Positions 19,384-28,525 of a DNA stretch of 64,000 bases are shown in pieces. This DNA is from a virus: positions 86,883-150,882 of IMG/VR virus record IMGVR_UViG_3300034152_000478; one strand, 5' to 3'. The notes under the pieces were generated by a model that was given only the letters and a program-made list of their open reading frames with translations, searched no databases and was not told the DNA's origin. The stretch's first letter is position 1, and the number at the start of each line of letters is the position of its first letter. The position numbers and the translations under genes are program-made.

Positions 19384-19763
19384 ATGCTATCCTCCAACTC
19401 GTCAATGATTGCCTGTACTTCACGCGGCACCTCGCTGGACAAGCCAGCCCTGATCTCAGTGCCGGAAATACGCTTGACATCTTCGGGTGCTTCCACAATG
19501 TAGTATCCGACTTGTCTGCCTATAATCACACCATCTATGTCAGGTATGATAATCACCTTTAACAACCCAGACCGCAGCTCGTCTTCATAGCAAGCTTCTA
19601 TCATTCTCTTGCGTTGGAATGCTGACCATTTTTCATGGCCGTCTCTAACTGCCACACAAACTGGCTTTTTGTTCATCAGGAAAGTGTCGATAATGTGTTT
19701 ATGTCCACAGTGGAATGGACTCCATCTGCCAATGAATAGATTATACTTCACAAACTCCCCCAT
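19380..19763 (-). CDS. Small HIGH-family nucleotidyltransferase (ATP-sulfurylase-like motifs)
   Basis: IGRWSPFHCGH and ISGTEIR motifs; overlaps cysC start. Confidence 0.7.
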   Translation of the reverse strand: MGEFVKYNLFIGRWSPFHCGHKHIIDTFLMNKKPVCVAVRDGHEKWSAFQRKRMIEACYEDELRSGLLKVIIIPDIDGVIIGRQVGYYIVEAPEDVKRISGTEIRAGLSSEVPREVQAIIDELEDSI

Positions 19764-20659
19764 ACGATCCCATTGTGTGCTAAATCAGGCACGTCTAAAA
19801 TCCTAATCTCGTGGCACTGATTCACTTTCTTGATTTCAGTTGTCCCAGTTACTCTTAGTTGATGGTTCAGCTCAGTGATGTGAATTGAATGGCTTCCTAC
19901 GCCTCTTACTACTCGTGGACAGTGCGTCGATGAGCCGACCAGTATTCTGTCCTTGCTAATAGCAAGTCCCCTTGTATATTTGCAATCCCCCTTATAGACC
20001 AACTCTTTGGCTCTTGCTCCACGTCGTTTCTGCATATTGTAGCGTCGTATCATAGACTTTGGCGAATGACAGAAGTACATAAAGTCGCCAACGATCGCCA
20101 CATTGTGCAATTGTGAGCCGACATGGACATTGTCAAGCACCTTAGTGAACCCAACATCGACACATTTAATGTTGCTTGGAAACTGGTAATTATGCTCGAC
20201 CACCCAGAAGTTTCCATCTTGTTTCCAGATTGAATTCAGGTGATTGTTCTTGTGGTTTTTATATCCTTTCTTGTCGTTCCATTTTCTGGCAAATCCCCAG
20301 GTGTATGGCTTAGCAAAAACGCCGCTTGTCCGCATGCGTTCTATGCGACCACGATACGTATTTACTATGTACAGCATTGAAGTTTCTGGATCATAGTAAG
20401 CCTGATGTACGCCATGGATCTTTGTCGGATATGTAGCTTCTACTTTGAATTTTTTGTTGAGTATAGCCACGGTGTCTGTTAGTTTTCTGTCACCGCTTCT
20501 TTGGCAGACGAACAAGAAATCTTCACTCCAAGATACACCAAAACAGCTATCCTTAAAAACCTTTTTGTACCTTCCTTTATGCACCAAAAATAGACCGCAG
20601 GGTGTTGCTACCAGGTATCTCAAATTTGAGGCTGCCATATCAATACACCTATTCCGCAC
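19748..20659 (-). CDS. Beta-propeller protein 1 (DUF4915/ASST-like)
   Basis: FGVSW, VHQA, NHLNSI, LHNV, TRGLA, DLAHNG. Confidence 0.6.
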   Translation of the reverse strand: MRNRCIDMAASNLRYLVATPCGLFLVHKGRYKKVFKDSCFGVSWSEDFLFVCQRSGDRKLTDTVAILNKKFKVEATYPTKIHGVHQAYYDPETSMLYIVNTYRGRIERMRTSGVFAKPYTWGFARKWNDKKGYKNHKNNHLNSIWKQDGNFWVVEHNYQFPSNIKCVDVGFTKVLDNVHVGSQLHNVAIVGDFMYFCHSPKSMIRRYNMQKRRGARAKELVYKGDCKYTRGLAISKDRILVGSSTHCPRVVRGVGSHSIHITELNHQLRVTGTTEIKKVNQCHEIRILDVPDLAHNGIVWGSL

Positions 20660-21318
20660 CCTACTTTTCCATCAGGTCGCCTATGGCTGATTTCTCTTGT
20701 CTCAAACTGTCTCTTCACTCCCTCCCAGACTCTCCAGACGCGGAACTTCGGCCCGTGCTTATTCTTGATATCATGGAACACGATAATACCGCCAGGTCTG
20801 ACAAAACTTCGGTACATACACCAATCCTTGCGGCAGCCAGCTTCCGTATGATCACCATCTATAAACAACAAATCAAGCTGACGACACTTTAGTGCAGTCT
20901 CTACGGCATCTTGGCTCTCAATCTTATGAGAATCACCTATTATGATTTCATGTTTGAAAGTCGGCTTATGTCTCGGAATTGCTGACACAACACTTTGACC
21001 CGTGCCTTCCCACTGTTTGGGAGTCGGCATATCCATCCCAATACCAAAAACATTCTCGCTTTGCCAGCTCAACACATTGCCTATCAGCACAAAGTTGGCA
21101 CCATAGGCCAGCCCTATTTCCATGAAGTTAATCTGCTCAGTGCGATCTTTTAGATGGTTAGTGGCAAAATCCAGGAAGTCTACTATCTCCTTTTTGCGCT
21201 GCAATGAAGACTGAATCTTGCCTGTGACTTTCTTGAAATACTCAAGACGATCATATTCTGCAGCTATTAACTTCTTGTTCACTTGTGTGCTCCGAACGGA
21301 ATGCCGTTGTGCGCCCAA
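20620..21318 (-). CDS. Methyltransf_24-family SAM methyltransferase
   Basis: MEIGLAYGA, GDSH, DLLFIDGDH, RPGGIIVFHDI. Confidence 0.85.
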   Translation of the reverse strand: MGAQRHSVRSTQVNKKLIAAEYDRLEYFKKVTGKIQSSLQRKKEIVDFLDFATNHLKDRTEQINFMEIGLAYGANFVLIGNVLSWQSENVFGIGMDMPTPKQWEGTGQSVVSAIPRHKPTFKHEIIIGDSHKIESQDAVETALKCRQLDLLFIDGDHTEAGCRKDWCMYRSFVRPGGIIVFHDIKNKHGPKFRVWRVWEGVKRQFETREISHRRPDGKVGCGIGVLIWQPQI

Positions 21319-22145
21319 TCCAATTCCGAAATGAGTCGCAGACAGAATACCTGGTTCACTTGTGGTAATCTGATTACGTCTCTGATTTCCAGCGTCTCCT
21401 GGTCGACAATGGTCACATATCCAGCTCGATCATCTTTCCTCTCTTGTGGGGTGCCCCAGCATGATTGGCCTATCACGAAGAAGTCTGAGCCCACTGCGAA
21501 CCCACGAGGATAATCCTTGAAGTGTGGTTTGGGCAAATGAAACTCCTTGCGGCCGACTATTTGCTTGGTCGCCATGTCCATTTGAATCAGCGTGCGGTCC
21601 AATGACATTAGGCTGTACAGCATGCCGTCTCTAATGAAGATGTTGTGACCCTCGTTTTCAAGCTGGTAGGTATTGATTGGATGTTCAAGATCACTGTCAT
21701 AGAACTCTTGCACCCTGCAGTTGAAGTCACGCTTCCCATTCTGCTCACCGACATAGATACACTCGCCATATCTGTAGATCGAATTAATATGATTCCAGTT
21801 GTCGGATCGCCCGGTGTAGTTGAAGCTGGCAAATTCGTGCACCGCTGGGTCCCAAATCTCTACTCGGTTGCGGTCGGTATTAGTCATATAAAGTAGCTCG
21901 TGCTTGTCATCATACAGTGCTTGATGAACACGACACACGCTCTTTGCGGGCACTTTGTTAAGTAGCCGCAGACTGTGGTCAAACAGCCAAATTTCCGTAT
22001 GTAGCGTTGGATGTCGATGACAAACATACAGAGTGTATTCGTCCCAGCTAATGCCGTAGCAGGCTCCTCGCTGGACGAGGTGCACATTCTGACCGTCCAC
22101 GAAAAAGAGGCCGCGTGCTGTTGTTACCAGTAGTTTAATACTCAT
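21279..22145 (-). CDS. Beta-propeller protein 2
   Basis: YGISW, VHQA, NHINSI, GHNI, PRGFA, DWAHNG; paralog of 19748..20659. Confidence 0.6.
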   Translation of the reverse strand: MSIKLLVTTARGLFFVDGQNVHLVQRGACYGISWDEYTLYVCHRHPTLHTEIWLFDHSLRLLNKVPAKSVCRVHQALYDDKHELLYMTNTDRNRVEIWDPAVHEFASFNYTGRSDNWNHINSIYRYGECIYVGEQNGKRDFNCRVQEFYDSDLEHPINTYQLENEGHNIFIRDGMLYSLMSLDRTLIQMDMATKQIVGRKEFHLPKPHFKDYPRGFAVGSDFFVIGQSCWGTPQERKDDRAGYVTIVDQETLEIRDVIRLPQVNQVFCLRLISELDWAHNGIPFGAHK

Positions 22146-23029
22146 AGTACTATTCCGTTATGTGCCAGGTCAGGTTCTCCCAAGGCTCTCACTTCGTATA
22201 CTTGGTTGCCTTTGGGGATACAGACTGAGCCAATCTCTTTGAACTCTTCGTCCATCTTAATGATCCAGGCGTCAAATAGCTCCATGCGCTTCTCTCTGCC
22301 ACAGTGCATTGAAGCTCCCATTAGGAAGTAGCCGTCGCAGCGAGCAAGTCCCCTGGAATATGTACGCGGAAAGGCATCTTCAAAGCTTCTGTTTTGTACA
22401 ATACGATCTTCGACCATAGAGTACTTGGCTATCTCACTCGTCAATGATACGGTTGTATATATGAATTCGCCTTCAACGTACACATTGTGAATCTGACTTG
22501 CAACCACCCATGCTTGTGGACGACCCACTATCTCAGGAGGCATCTTAATTACCCTGGAAGGATGATGTTTCTTGTTGTGTTCACAGGACCACCAGCATTC
22601 GCCATCAAACCATACAGAGTTAATATGGTTGTAGTCGCAGCCTGCTACTGGGGTCCAGTTATTAACCAGTATCTTATTGCCAGCAATATCAAAAAAGTCA
22701 ACACGATTCTGGTGTGTGTTGGTTACGGCGATTGTCTTGGTTTTTGGATCATAGTGTGCTTGATGATTGTCTTTCACTTGTGGCAAATGCACTTCATCCA
22801 TCACGCCGAAATCTTCAGGGTGCAAGGAGACCATTTTAGTTTGAGTATTTTGATTTATCCGCTGAAAAGCAAAGATTCGAGTCTTGCTCCAGGTTAATCC
22901 GTAGACATGTCCCTCATAGACCAACTCACAGTCTCTACCATCTATGTAAAAGATGCCCCTTGGTGTCGTGGCTAAGCAGCGCATCATATTAAATACTCCC
23001 TCCAGTTGTCTCTGATTTCCGGCAACCAA
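22142..23029 (-). CDS. Beta-propeller protein 3
   Basis: YGLTW, NHQA, NHINSV, IHNV, SRGLA, DLAHNG; likely start MMRCL. Confidence 0.6.
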   Translation of the reverse strand: MVAGNQRQLEGVFNMMRCLATTPRGIFYIDGRDCELVYEGHVYGLTWSKTRIFAFQRINQNTQTKMVSLHPEDFGVMDEVHLPQVKDNHQAHYDPKTKTIAVTNTHQNRVDFFDIAGNKILVNNWTPVAGCDYNHINSVWFDGECWWSCEHNKKHHPSRVIKMPPEIVGRPQAWVVASQIHNVYVEGEFIYTTVSLTSEIAKYSMVEDRIVQNRSFEDAFPRTYSRGLARCDGYFLMGASMHCGREKRMELFDAWIIKMDEEFKEIGSVCIPKGNQVYEVRALGEPDLAHNGIVL

Positions 23030-23835
23030 TCATCTGTAAAGTCCACAAGTTCGTTGGGTAGTGCGACAGGCTGATTTCTCAACGGCTCTGTTTGTCCTTC
23101 AGCAAATCCATCTATTGTATTGCCCTGTGATGGCCAGCGTAAGAATCTCTCGTTGTACCATTTCGTTAGGCTTGGTCTATCAAACGTGAGCACTTTATCT
23201 CTTATAAGCCGGGGATGTTTTACCCAGCACAAGTGAGTCATTTGCGAACGCTTCCTTGACAGCGAGACACGCCTATCCTTTATGACATCTTTACCATCAA
23301 CCAGAAAATGATTAGACGCAGTATAACGCCCGCCTTTCTGAAAGCGGATAAACCGTCCCAGGTGCGACGCAGGGAACCACCAGCGAAGATTGTAGGCATA
23401 CTGATATTCTCCAATCTGTACGTGTTGAACCTCGTCATACATGCGGAAAATGCGCAAGATATCCCAGAGTCCCTCGCCCCCATAGAATTCGTCAGTGTCC
23501 ATAAGATGAATCACATCACCAGGCTCTATGTCTGAAAATTCCAGCAGGTAGTTCTTGTTAATGCCATGTTGAGCCTCTCTACTGTGCCCACGCATTCTTT
23601 CTATGGGAATAGGCGGTGCTATAAATATCTGATCAGGATACTTGGCCTCCATTTCCTTCAGTACAGCCATGGTGTTGTCGGTTGAGCGTTCTGGAAGATT
23701 CCGGTTGATAGCAAGCGATCCTTCTGCAATCAGAATTCTGTCGATATGCTCTATCCGATTCTCTATTACTCGTCTTGCCAGGTCTTCTTCATTGTAGACT
23801 TCCATTAAGCCTATAACACGCATATTATCCTCCAA
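22984..23835 (-). CDS. Glycosyltransferase family 2-like
   Basis: VYNEED, STDNT, MDTDEFY (DxD). Confidence 0.75.
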   Translation of the reverse strand: MEDNMRVIGLMEVYNEEDLARRVIENRIEHIDRILIAEGSLAINRNLPERSTDNTMAVLKEMEAKYPDQIFIAPPIPIERMRGHSREAQHGINKNYLLEFSDIEPGDVIHLMDTDEFYGGEGLWDILRIFRMYDEVQHVQIGEYQYAYNLRWWFPASHLGRFIRFQKGGRYTASNHFLVDGKDVIKDRRVSLSRKRSQMTHLCWVKHPRLIRDKVLTFDRPSLTKWYNERFLRWPSQGNTIDGFAEGQTEPLRNQPVALPNELVDFTDDWLPEIRDNWREYLI

Positions 23836-24427
23836 CGTACACTACACCAAAACCATGAAAGCCAGTGGTATGCTTACAGCGCTTACGGATTTTCTCCCAG
23901 GCTTTTTTCGGCTTGTTGTTAACATCATCGAACACTATCAGTCCACCCTTTCGGACCAATGGCCTATACATGGTATAATCTTCCAGACAGCCCTCAACAC
24001 TGTGATTACCGTCTATGAACAGGAGATCAATCCCACGACCCTGTAGATCATCCTTGAGTTTATTTAGCGTTTTCTTTTCGTGTGAGTCGCCCTCAATAAT
24101 TCCCCATAGGAACTGTGGATTTAAGGCTGCGACTGCTTGGTCTGGGGGTAGCGTAGTGTGCTTATCATATGTCATATTGAAGATATCTATGCCAATTGCC
24201 ACTACTGTTTTGCCAGCTTGCAATAGACAGTTTCCAATCAACACAAAGCTGCCACCCATGTGAACGCCTATCTCTACAAAGACAACTTCTTTCTGTTCCT
24301 TGAAGTGCTGTAAGATAAAATCAACCAGCCTGCAGGCACCATGCTGTGTTTGCATAATGACTTCTCGGCGATCCTTACGCCCCTTGAGCAGTCGATTGAG
24401 TTCTTCCCTGATTTCTTTCTCGTTCAT
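23825..24427 (-). CDS. Methyltransf_24-family SAM methyltransferase
   Basis: VEIGVHMGGS, GDSH, DLLFIDGNH, KGGLIVFDD. Confidence 0.85.
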   Translation of the reverse strand: MNEKEIREELNRLLKGRKDRREVIMQTQHGACRLVDFILQHFKEQKEVVFVEIGVHMGGSFVLIGNCLLQAGKTVVAIGIDIFNMTYDKHTTLPPDQAVAALNPQFLWGIIEGDSHEKKTLNKLKDDLQGRGIDLLFIDGNHSVEGCLEDYTMYRPLVRKGGLIVFDDVNNKPKKAWEKIRKRCKHTTGFHGFGVVYVGG

Positions 24428-25056
24428 GGCTTACTAAAGAAAGTGTCTCCCTGACATTTGCCCGTTGCTTTATAGCCGTATGGGCGCAGCAGGGCTAAGG
24501 CTTCTTCAGCCCCCACCTGATGGGTTTCGATGCAGAATACTCGCGGCAAGACCGGACAGTCCTGAATACCACGAAGCGCTGCCAGCTCATTGCCTTCGAT
24601 ATCCAAAACAAACAAGTCGACTTCTGTTATTCCATGTCTTTCTATTAGTGTCTTGTAGGTTATCGTGTTTACTTTATGGCGTTCTAATCGAAGCTCACCC
24701 CTCTTAAGTGTGTCCCATATCTCCCACTTGTGCTTGAAGACAATCGACCCTCGTCCTGTCATTTTGTTTTTGTTGTCTGATTCATTCAGAGGCAGCATGA
24801 ATTCTACTTCTTCGTCGTCAGCATCACTCAGCGCATACTTAAGATTGAGACAGTTAGGCCGGTTCTTTTTCAGAGCACTGAAGCAATAGGGATTACATTC
24901 AATATTAATGCCGTGCCACTCGTTCTTCGCCTCAAACCAGCGACAGGTGCTGATAAACTTTCCATCATTGGCACCACACTCTATGAAAGTGCCACCTTTA
25001 TGCTTGCGTAGCCAAGGGAATCTCTTCAAAAGGGCTTCAGTCAGCTTTGTTTTCAT
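24424..25056 (-). CDS. FkbM-family methyltransferase
   Basis: FIECGANDG, IECNP, LDIEGNEL. Confidence 0.88.
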   Translation of the reverse strand: MKTKLTEALLKRFPWLRKHKGGTFIECGANDGKFISTCRWFEAKNEWHGINIECNPYCFSALKKNRPNCLNLKYALSDADDEEVEFMLPLNESDNKNKMTGRGSIVFKHKWEIWDTLKRGELRLERHKVNTITYKTLIERHGITEVDLFVLDIEGNELAALRGIQDCPVLPRVFCIETHQVGAEEALALLRPYGYKATGKCQGDTFFSKP

Positions 25057-25987
25057 TGCGATAGCGATTCTTTACCCAGTCTTGTTCTGGTCGATAGAAT
25101 GTGTTCAAAGCCTGGACCACCTGTAAGATGGCAGGGTCAAGCCCCAGCTCTTGACAACATGCCTCCAGCGCCCCAATGTCTTTCATGAAGCAGCTCCCAC
25201 CGGCACCACGCAGGCCGTCTGGTCCTGGCACGTAGGTGTGCGAAGGACCAATGCGATCATCGAGAGCAATGCCTCGCCGCACTACATCGTAATTACATCC
25301 AAGCATGCCAGCGATATCGTAATAGAAGTTGAAGAGCATTAGCTTGGTAAACAATGTGACATTAGATCCATATTTGATTAGCTCGGCCGCCGTGTTAATG
25401 CAAAGAATCAGGCGATCATCAAAATTACAGACATGTGGATTGGTGTTGATTCTGCGTAGGACATCCACCAGTCTCGTGTCATGCGCTTCATCGCTCCCAA
25501 TTACAACCCTTGTGGCATCCATTAGTGTTCCAACAGGATCAGCTTCGGTCAAGAATTCCGGGCTGAAGTGTAAATGTAGGCCACGAAATTGTGTAGCAAA
25601 TTTACTTGTTGTGCCTGGTGGCACCGTAGACTTGATGCACACAGGTAGGCGTCCATTCGCTTCTATCGCGTGCAGAATGTTCAGCTTATTGAGAACATCC
25701 TTGACAATAGATAGATTGGCTTTCTCACATCGTCCATCTTCACAGTAAGCCAGTGGCGGAGTTGGCACACATACCAGTACGATATCTGCACGTTCTACTA
25801 AATGATTCAGCGAAGGAACCGATAAAGGCAAATTCCATCCTGGAAATCTGCGTCCAAAATTAGGCTCTATATCATAGATAATGACGTTATGATATCCTCG
25901 ATTTCTTAATGCCACATAGTGGGCAGCTCCCACAAAACCGCCACCAACAATTCCAATAACTGGCCCAGGGAAATCTTCGCAGCCCAT
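25037..25987 (-). CDS. ugd: UDP-glucose/GDP-mannose dehydrogenase family (lacks C-terminal domain)
   Basis: GGGFVG, CVPTP, KSTVPPG, SPEFL, AELIKY..N, GAGGSCFMKD. Confidence 0.9.
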   Translation of the reverse strand: MGCEDFPGPVIGIVGGGFVGAAHYVALRNRGYHNVIIYDIEPNFGRRFPGWNLPLSVPSLNHLVERADIVLVCVPTPPLAYCEDGRCEKANLSIVKDVLNKLNILHAIEANGRLPVCIKSTVPPGTTSKFATQFRGLHLHFSPEFLTEADPVGTLMDATRVVIGSDEAHDTRLVDVLRRINTNPHVCNFDDRLILCINTAAELIKYGSNVTLFTKLMLFNFYYDIAGMLGCNYDVVRRGIALDDRIGPSHTYVPGPDGLRGAGGSCFMKDIGALEACCQELGLDPAILQVVQALNTFYRPEQDWVKNRYRNENKAD

Positions 25988-25990
25988 AGT

Positions 25991-26731
25991 TCACCTCACC
26001 ATAATGCGATCAAAGCGTACAACACCTACGCCACGGTCATGTCCGTTGCCAAATACCCAGTGTTTATAGAAATGTGAAATGCGGTTCCACAACATTACGC
26101 CTTTATTAACATAGCAGCCAGTAACATCATGAACAGCCACAAGGCCACCACTTTTAACCATGCCTGTATAGTAGTCCCAATCGTGATTGCAAGTTGGGCA
26201 ATCGTGTCCGCCATCAATGTAAAGCAAGTCAAGTCTCCGCCCTCCTCTAAGCGCTGCGATCTGTGCACCGTGTATGGTTTCCTTCTTGGTAGAATCACCC
26301 TTGACAAAATCCCAGGTGAACTTAGGCCCAAGATTCTTAATGCACTCATCAGCCCCCATCAGTTTCTGGTAGGCCCAGCCACGTCCAGGTCGCTCTGGAG
26401 TCGGTATCTCTGGCATGTCGACGGCAATCCCGTGCACCTTGCCAAAGGCTTTCATTAACATATTGCCCATCAAAACAAAGTTGCCGCCACGATTAGTACC
26501 TATCTCCATAAAGACAATCTCGGAAGGATACTGATGGCGAAAGTAATCTATCATGAATTGCGTGCATGCCAGGGCTTCTCCTTTGCGCTGCATAATACAG
26601 TCAGCAGGAGGACATTTGTTACCCGTGAACTTCACGATCCGTTCATACTCAGCGGTAATATCCGGGATCATGCTTCCTTTGTTGATAATGCGCTTGATCA
26701 GCGCGTCACTTTGCTCTCTGGTGAAGTCCAT
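25991..26731 (-). CDS. Methyltransf_24-family SAM methyltransferase
   Basis: MEIGTNRGG, GDS, DLLYIDGGH, SGGLVAVHD. Confidence 0.85.
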   Translation of the reverse strand: MDFTREQSDALIKRIINKGSMIPDITAEYERIVKFTGNKCPPADCIMQRKGEALACTQFMIDYFRHQYPSEIVFMEIGTNRGGNFVLMGNMLMKAFGKVHGIAVDMPEIPTPERPGRGWAYQKLMGADECIKNLGPKFTWDFVKGDSTKKETIHGAQIAALRGGRRLDLLYIDGGHDCPTCNHDWDYYTGMVKSGGLVAVHDVTGCYVNKGVMLWNRISHFYKHWVFGNGHDRGVGVVRFDRIMVR

Positions 26732-27127
26732 CTATTCCCCCTTGACTCCTTTAGCTAATGCCTGTCTGTATTTGTCGACTTTGTCAGGATGTCTCTTCTT
26801 GTATTCCTGAAAGCTTTTCTTCCCCTTGCGGCGCTCGGCAAGAACTTCGTTGCTATTCTCTTGCTCTTGCTTTTTTTCTTCTGTGCGCTTTTCATGCGCC
26901 TCGATATCTCCAGGATGCTCGCCAGTTTTCTCGATCCGTATGTCTTTACCAGGCCAGCCCTCGCCTTTGAAGACTACATTGGTACTAAAAATACGGTTCA
27001 TTTGCGTTTGACATTCTTCACAAATCATTTCCTCAGGCGGACCTACATCTATTGGTGCTGAGAAAGATTGCGTGTTGCCGCAATTGGCGCATTTCCATTC
27101 GTATATCATTTTTCCTCCGGGTCCCAT
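26732..27127 (-). CDS. FmdB-family zinc-ribbon protein
   Basis: YEWKCANCG...CEEC...M.RIFS...VFKGEGW. Confidence 0.8.
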   Translation of the reverse strand: MGPGGKMIYEWKCANCGNTQSFSAPIDVGPPEEMICEECQTQMNRIFSTNVVFKGEGWPGKDIRIEKTGEHPGDIEAHEKRTEEKKQEQENSNEVLAERRKGKKSFQEYKKRHPDKVDKYRQALAKGVKGE

Positions 27128-27582
27128 TGGCTCCAGCCATATGCGCCTTTGTGTGGACCTTCATATTCTTCAATGAGTATACCTGCTTCTGTCATTATTT
27201 CAGTCGACAAATCATATTTTGAATCTGGACGATCCGGTTTCTCCAGGTACACGAGCCGTTTAATGCCAGCTTGTATTAAGTCAGTAGCGCAACGCACACA
27301 AGGATAAAGAGTCAAGTAAAGAGTCCAGCCTTCCAAGTCTTCCTTGGCGTTTAGCAGCGCATTATCTTCAGCATGTATTACAAGATCGTACTTGTGTGGC
27401 CGCTTCCATCTTTCAACAGTATCTTTGACGCCTGCGGGAAATCCATTGTAGCCAACATAAACCTTCCGATTATCAGGACTGACAACAACTGAACCAACTT
27501 GTGTGTCTGGGTCTTTCGATCGCTCTTTGATAACCAGAGCAACATTCATCCAAACCATATCCCAATCCCAAGGTTCTCTCAT
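27106..27582 (-). CDS. dCMP deaminase
   Basis: RSKDPDTQVG, GYNGFP, HAEDNA, PCVRC. Confidence 0.92.
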   Translation of the reverse strand: MREPWDWDMVWMNVALVIKERSKDPDTQVGSVVVSPDNRKVYVGYNGFPAGVKDTVERWKRPHKYDLVIHAEDNALLNAKEDLEGWTLYLTLYPCVRCATDLIQAGIKRLVYLEKPDRPDSKYDLSTEIMTEAGILIEEYEGPHKGAYGWSQWDPEEK

Positions 27583-28523
27583 TCGTCCGCCTTTCTATAC
27601 ACCCTTGTCCCTAAGAAATAGTTGGCCGACTTGCTCATGGTACCAGGCTCCAGCTCGCTAATAGCAGCGTCCATAATCCCAATGCGACTGTCTGCCATGT
27701 CGGCAATATGTAGTAGTTGTGCCTCTGGTGTCGCAGGCTCAACCGGAGAGCCCCATTCCATTTTACCATGATGCGCCAGCATACAGTGAGCCAACTGAAT
27801 GAATTCCTCTTTTGTTAGTGTCAGATTGTTTTCTTCTATGCATTTGATTAACAGTTCATAGCCAATAACAATATGGTTGACGAGGCTCCCAATCAGCGTG
27901 TAGTCGATAGAAAACTGATCCACTGTATAGGTGGGTACTTTACCTATGTCATGTAATAGTGCAGCAGTTAATAGCAGGCTACGATTGACATGGTTGCCAT
28001 ATACGTCTGCCATTTTATCGCACAGCATAGCAACGTGAACAGTGTGTTTCAGAAGACCACCAAGACAAGCCTCGTGCACCTTTGCAGCGGCCGGTGTGCG
28101 ACATAGATCCTCGCCATACTTCTTAAGCATAGCAATTAGAACCGCCTTATAGCGCTCGTTCTTGATCTTGCGCATAAGCGCTCCCATCTCTTTTTTGTAT
28201 TCAGCAATTTCTGCTGTGTCAAGAGAGAGTAGCATGTCTTCCATTAGCTCGGGAGACGGCTTTTCTATTCTGGTGACACGACTGGTATTGAGGCTTTTGT
28301 TGTTTTTGAATTCGTTCACAGTCCCCGTAATAGAAACCACATCTTTGTGCTTCACACCACAGCGTTCAAGATCCGTATCCCACATGAAGCAACGGACACT
28401 CTTGCCGCCAGCAGATACCAGAAGCTCAACGTATGTCTTCTGGGTTTTGGTTTTCTTTTCTTGGATGCTGTCAACAAACCCCTCGATAGTAACAACTTCG
28501 CCTGCATTCTTCTCAGATAACAT
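27579..28523 (-). CDS. yhaM: YhaM-like 3'-5' exonuclease (OB fold + HD)
   Basis: N-terminal OB fold; PAA..HE...GGLLKHT, LLHDIGK, HHGKMEWGSP, ADMADS. Confidence 0.88.
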   Translation of the reverse strand: MLSEKNAGEVVTIEGFVDSIQEKKTKTQKTYVELLVSAGGKSVRCFMWDTDLERCGVKHKDVVSITGTVNEFKNNKSLNTSRVTRIEKPSPELMEDMLLSLDTAEIAEYKKEMGALMRKIKNERYKAVLIAMLKKYGEDLCRTPAAAKVHEACLGGLLKHTVHVAMLCDKMADVYGNHVNRSLLLTAALLHDIGKVPTYTVDQFSIDYTLIGSLVNHIVIGYELLIKCIEENNLTLTKEEFIQLAHCMLAHHGKMEWGSPVEPATPEAQLLHIADMADSRIGIMDAAISELEPGTMSKSANYFLGTRVYRKADE

Positions 28524-28525
28524 TT

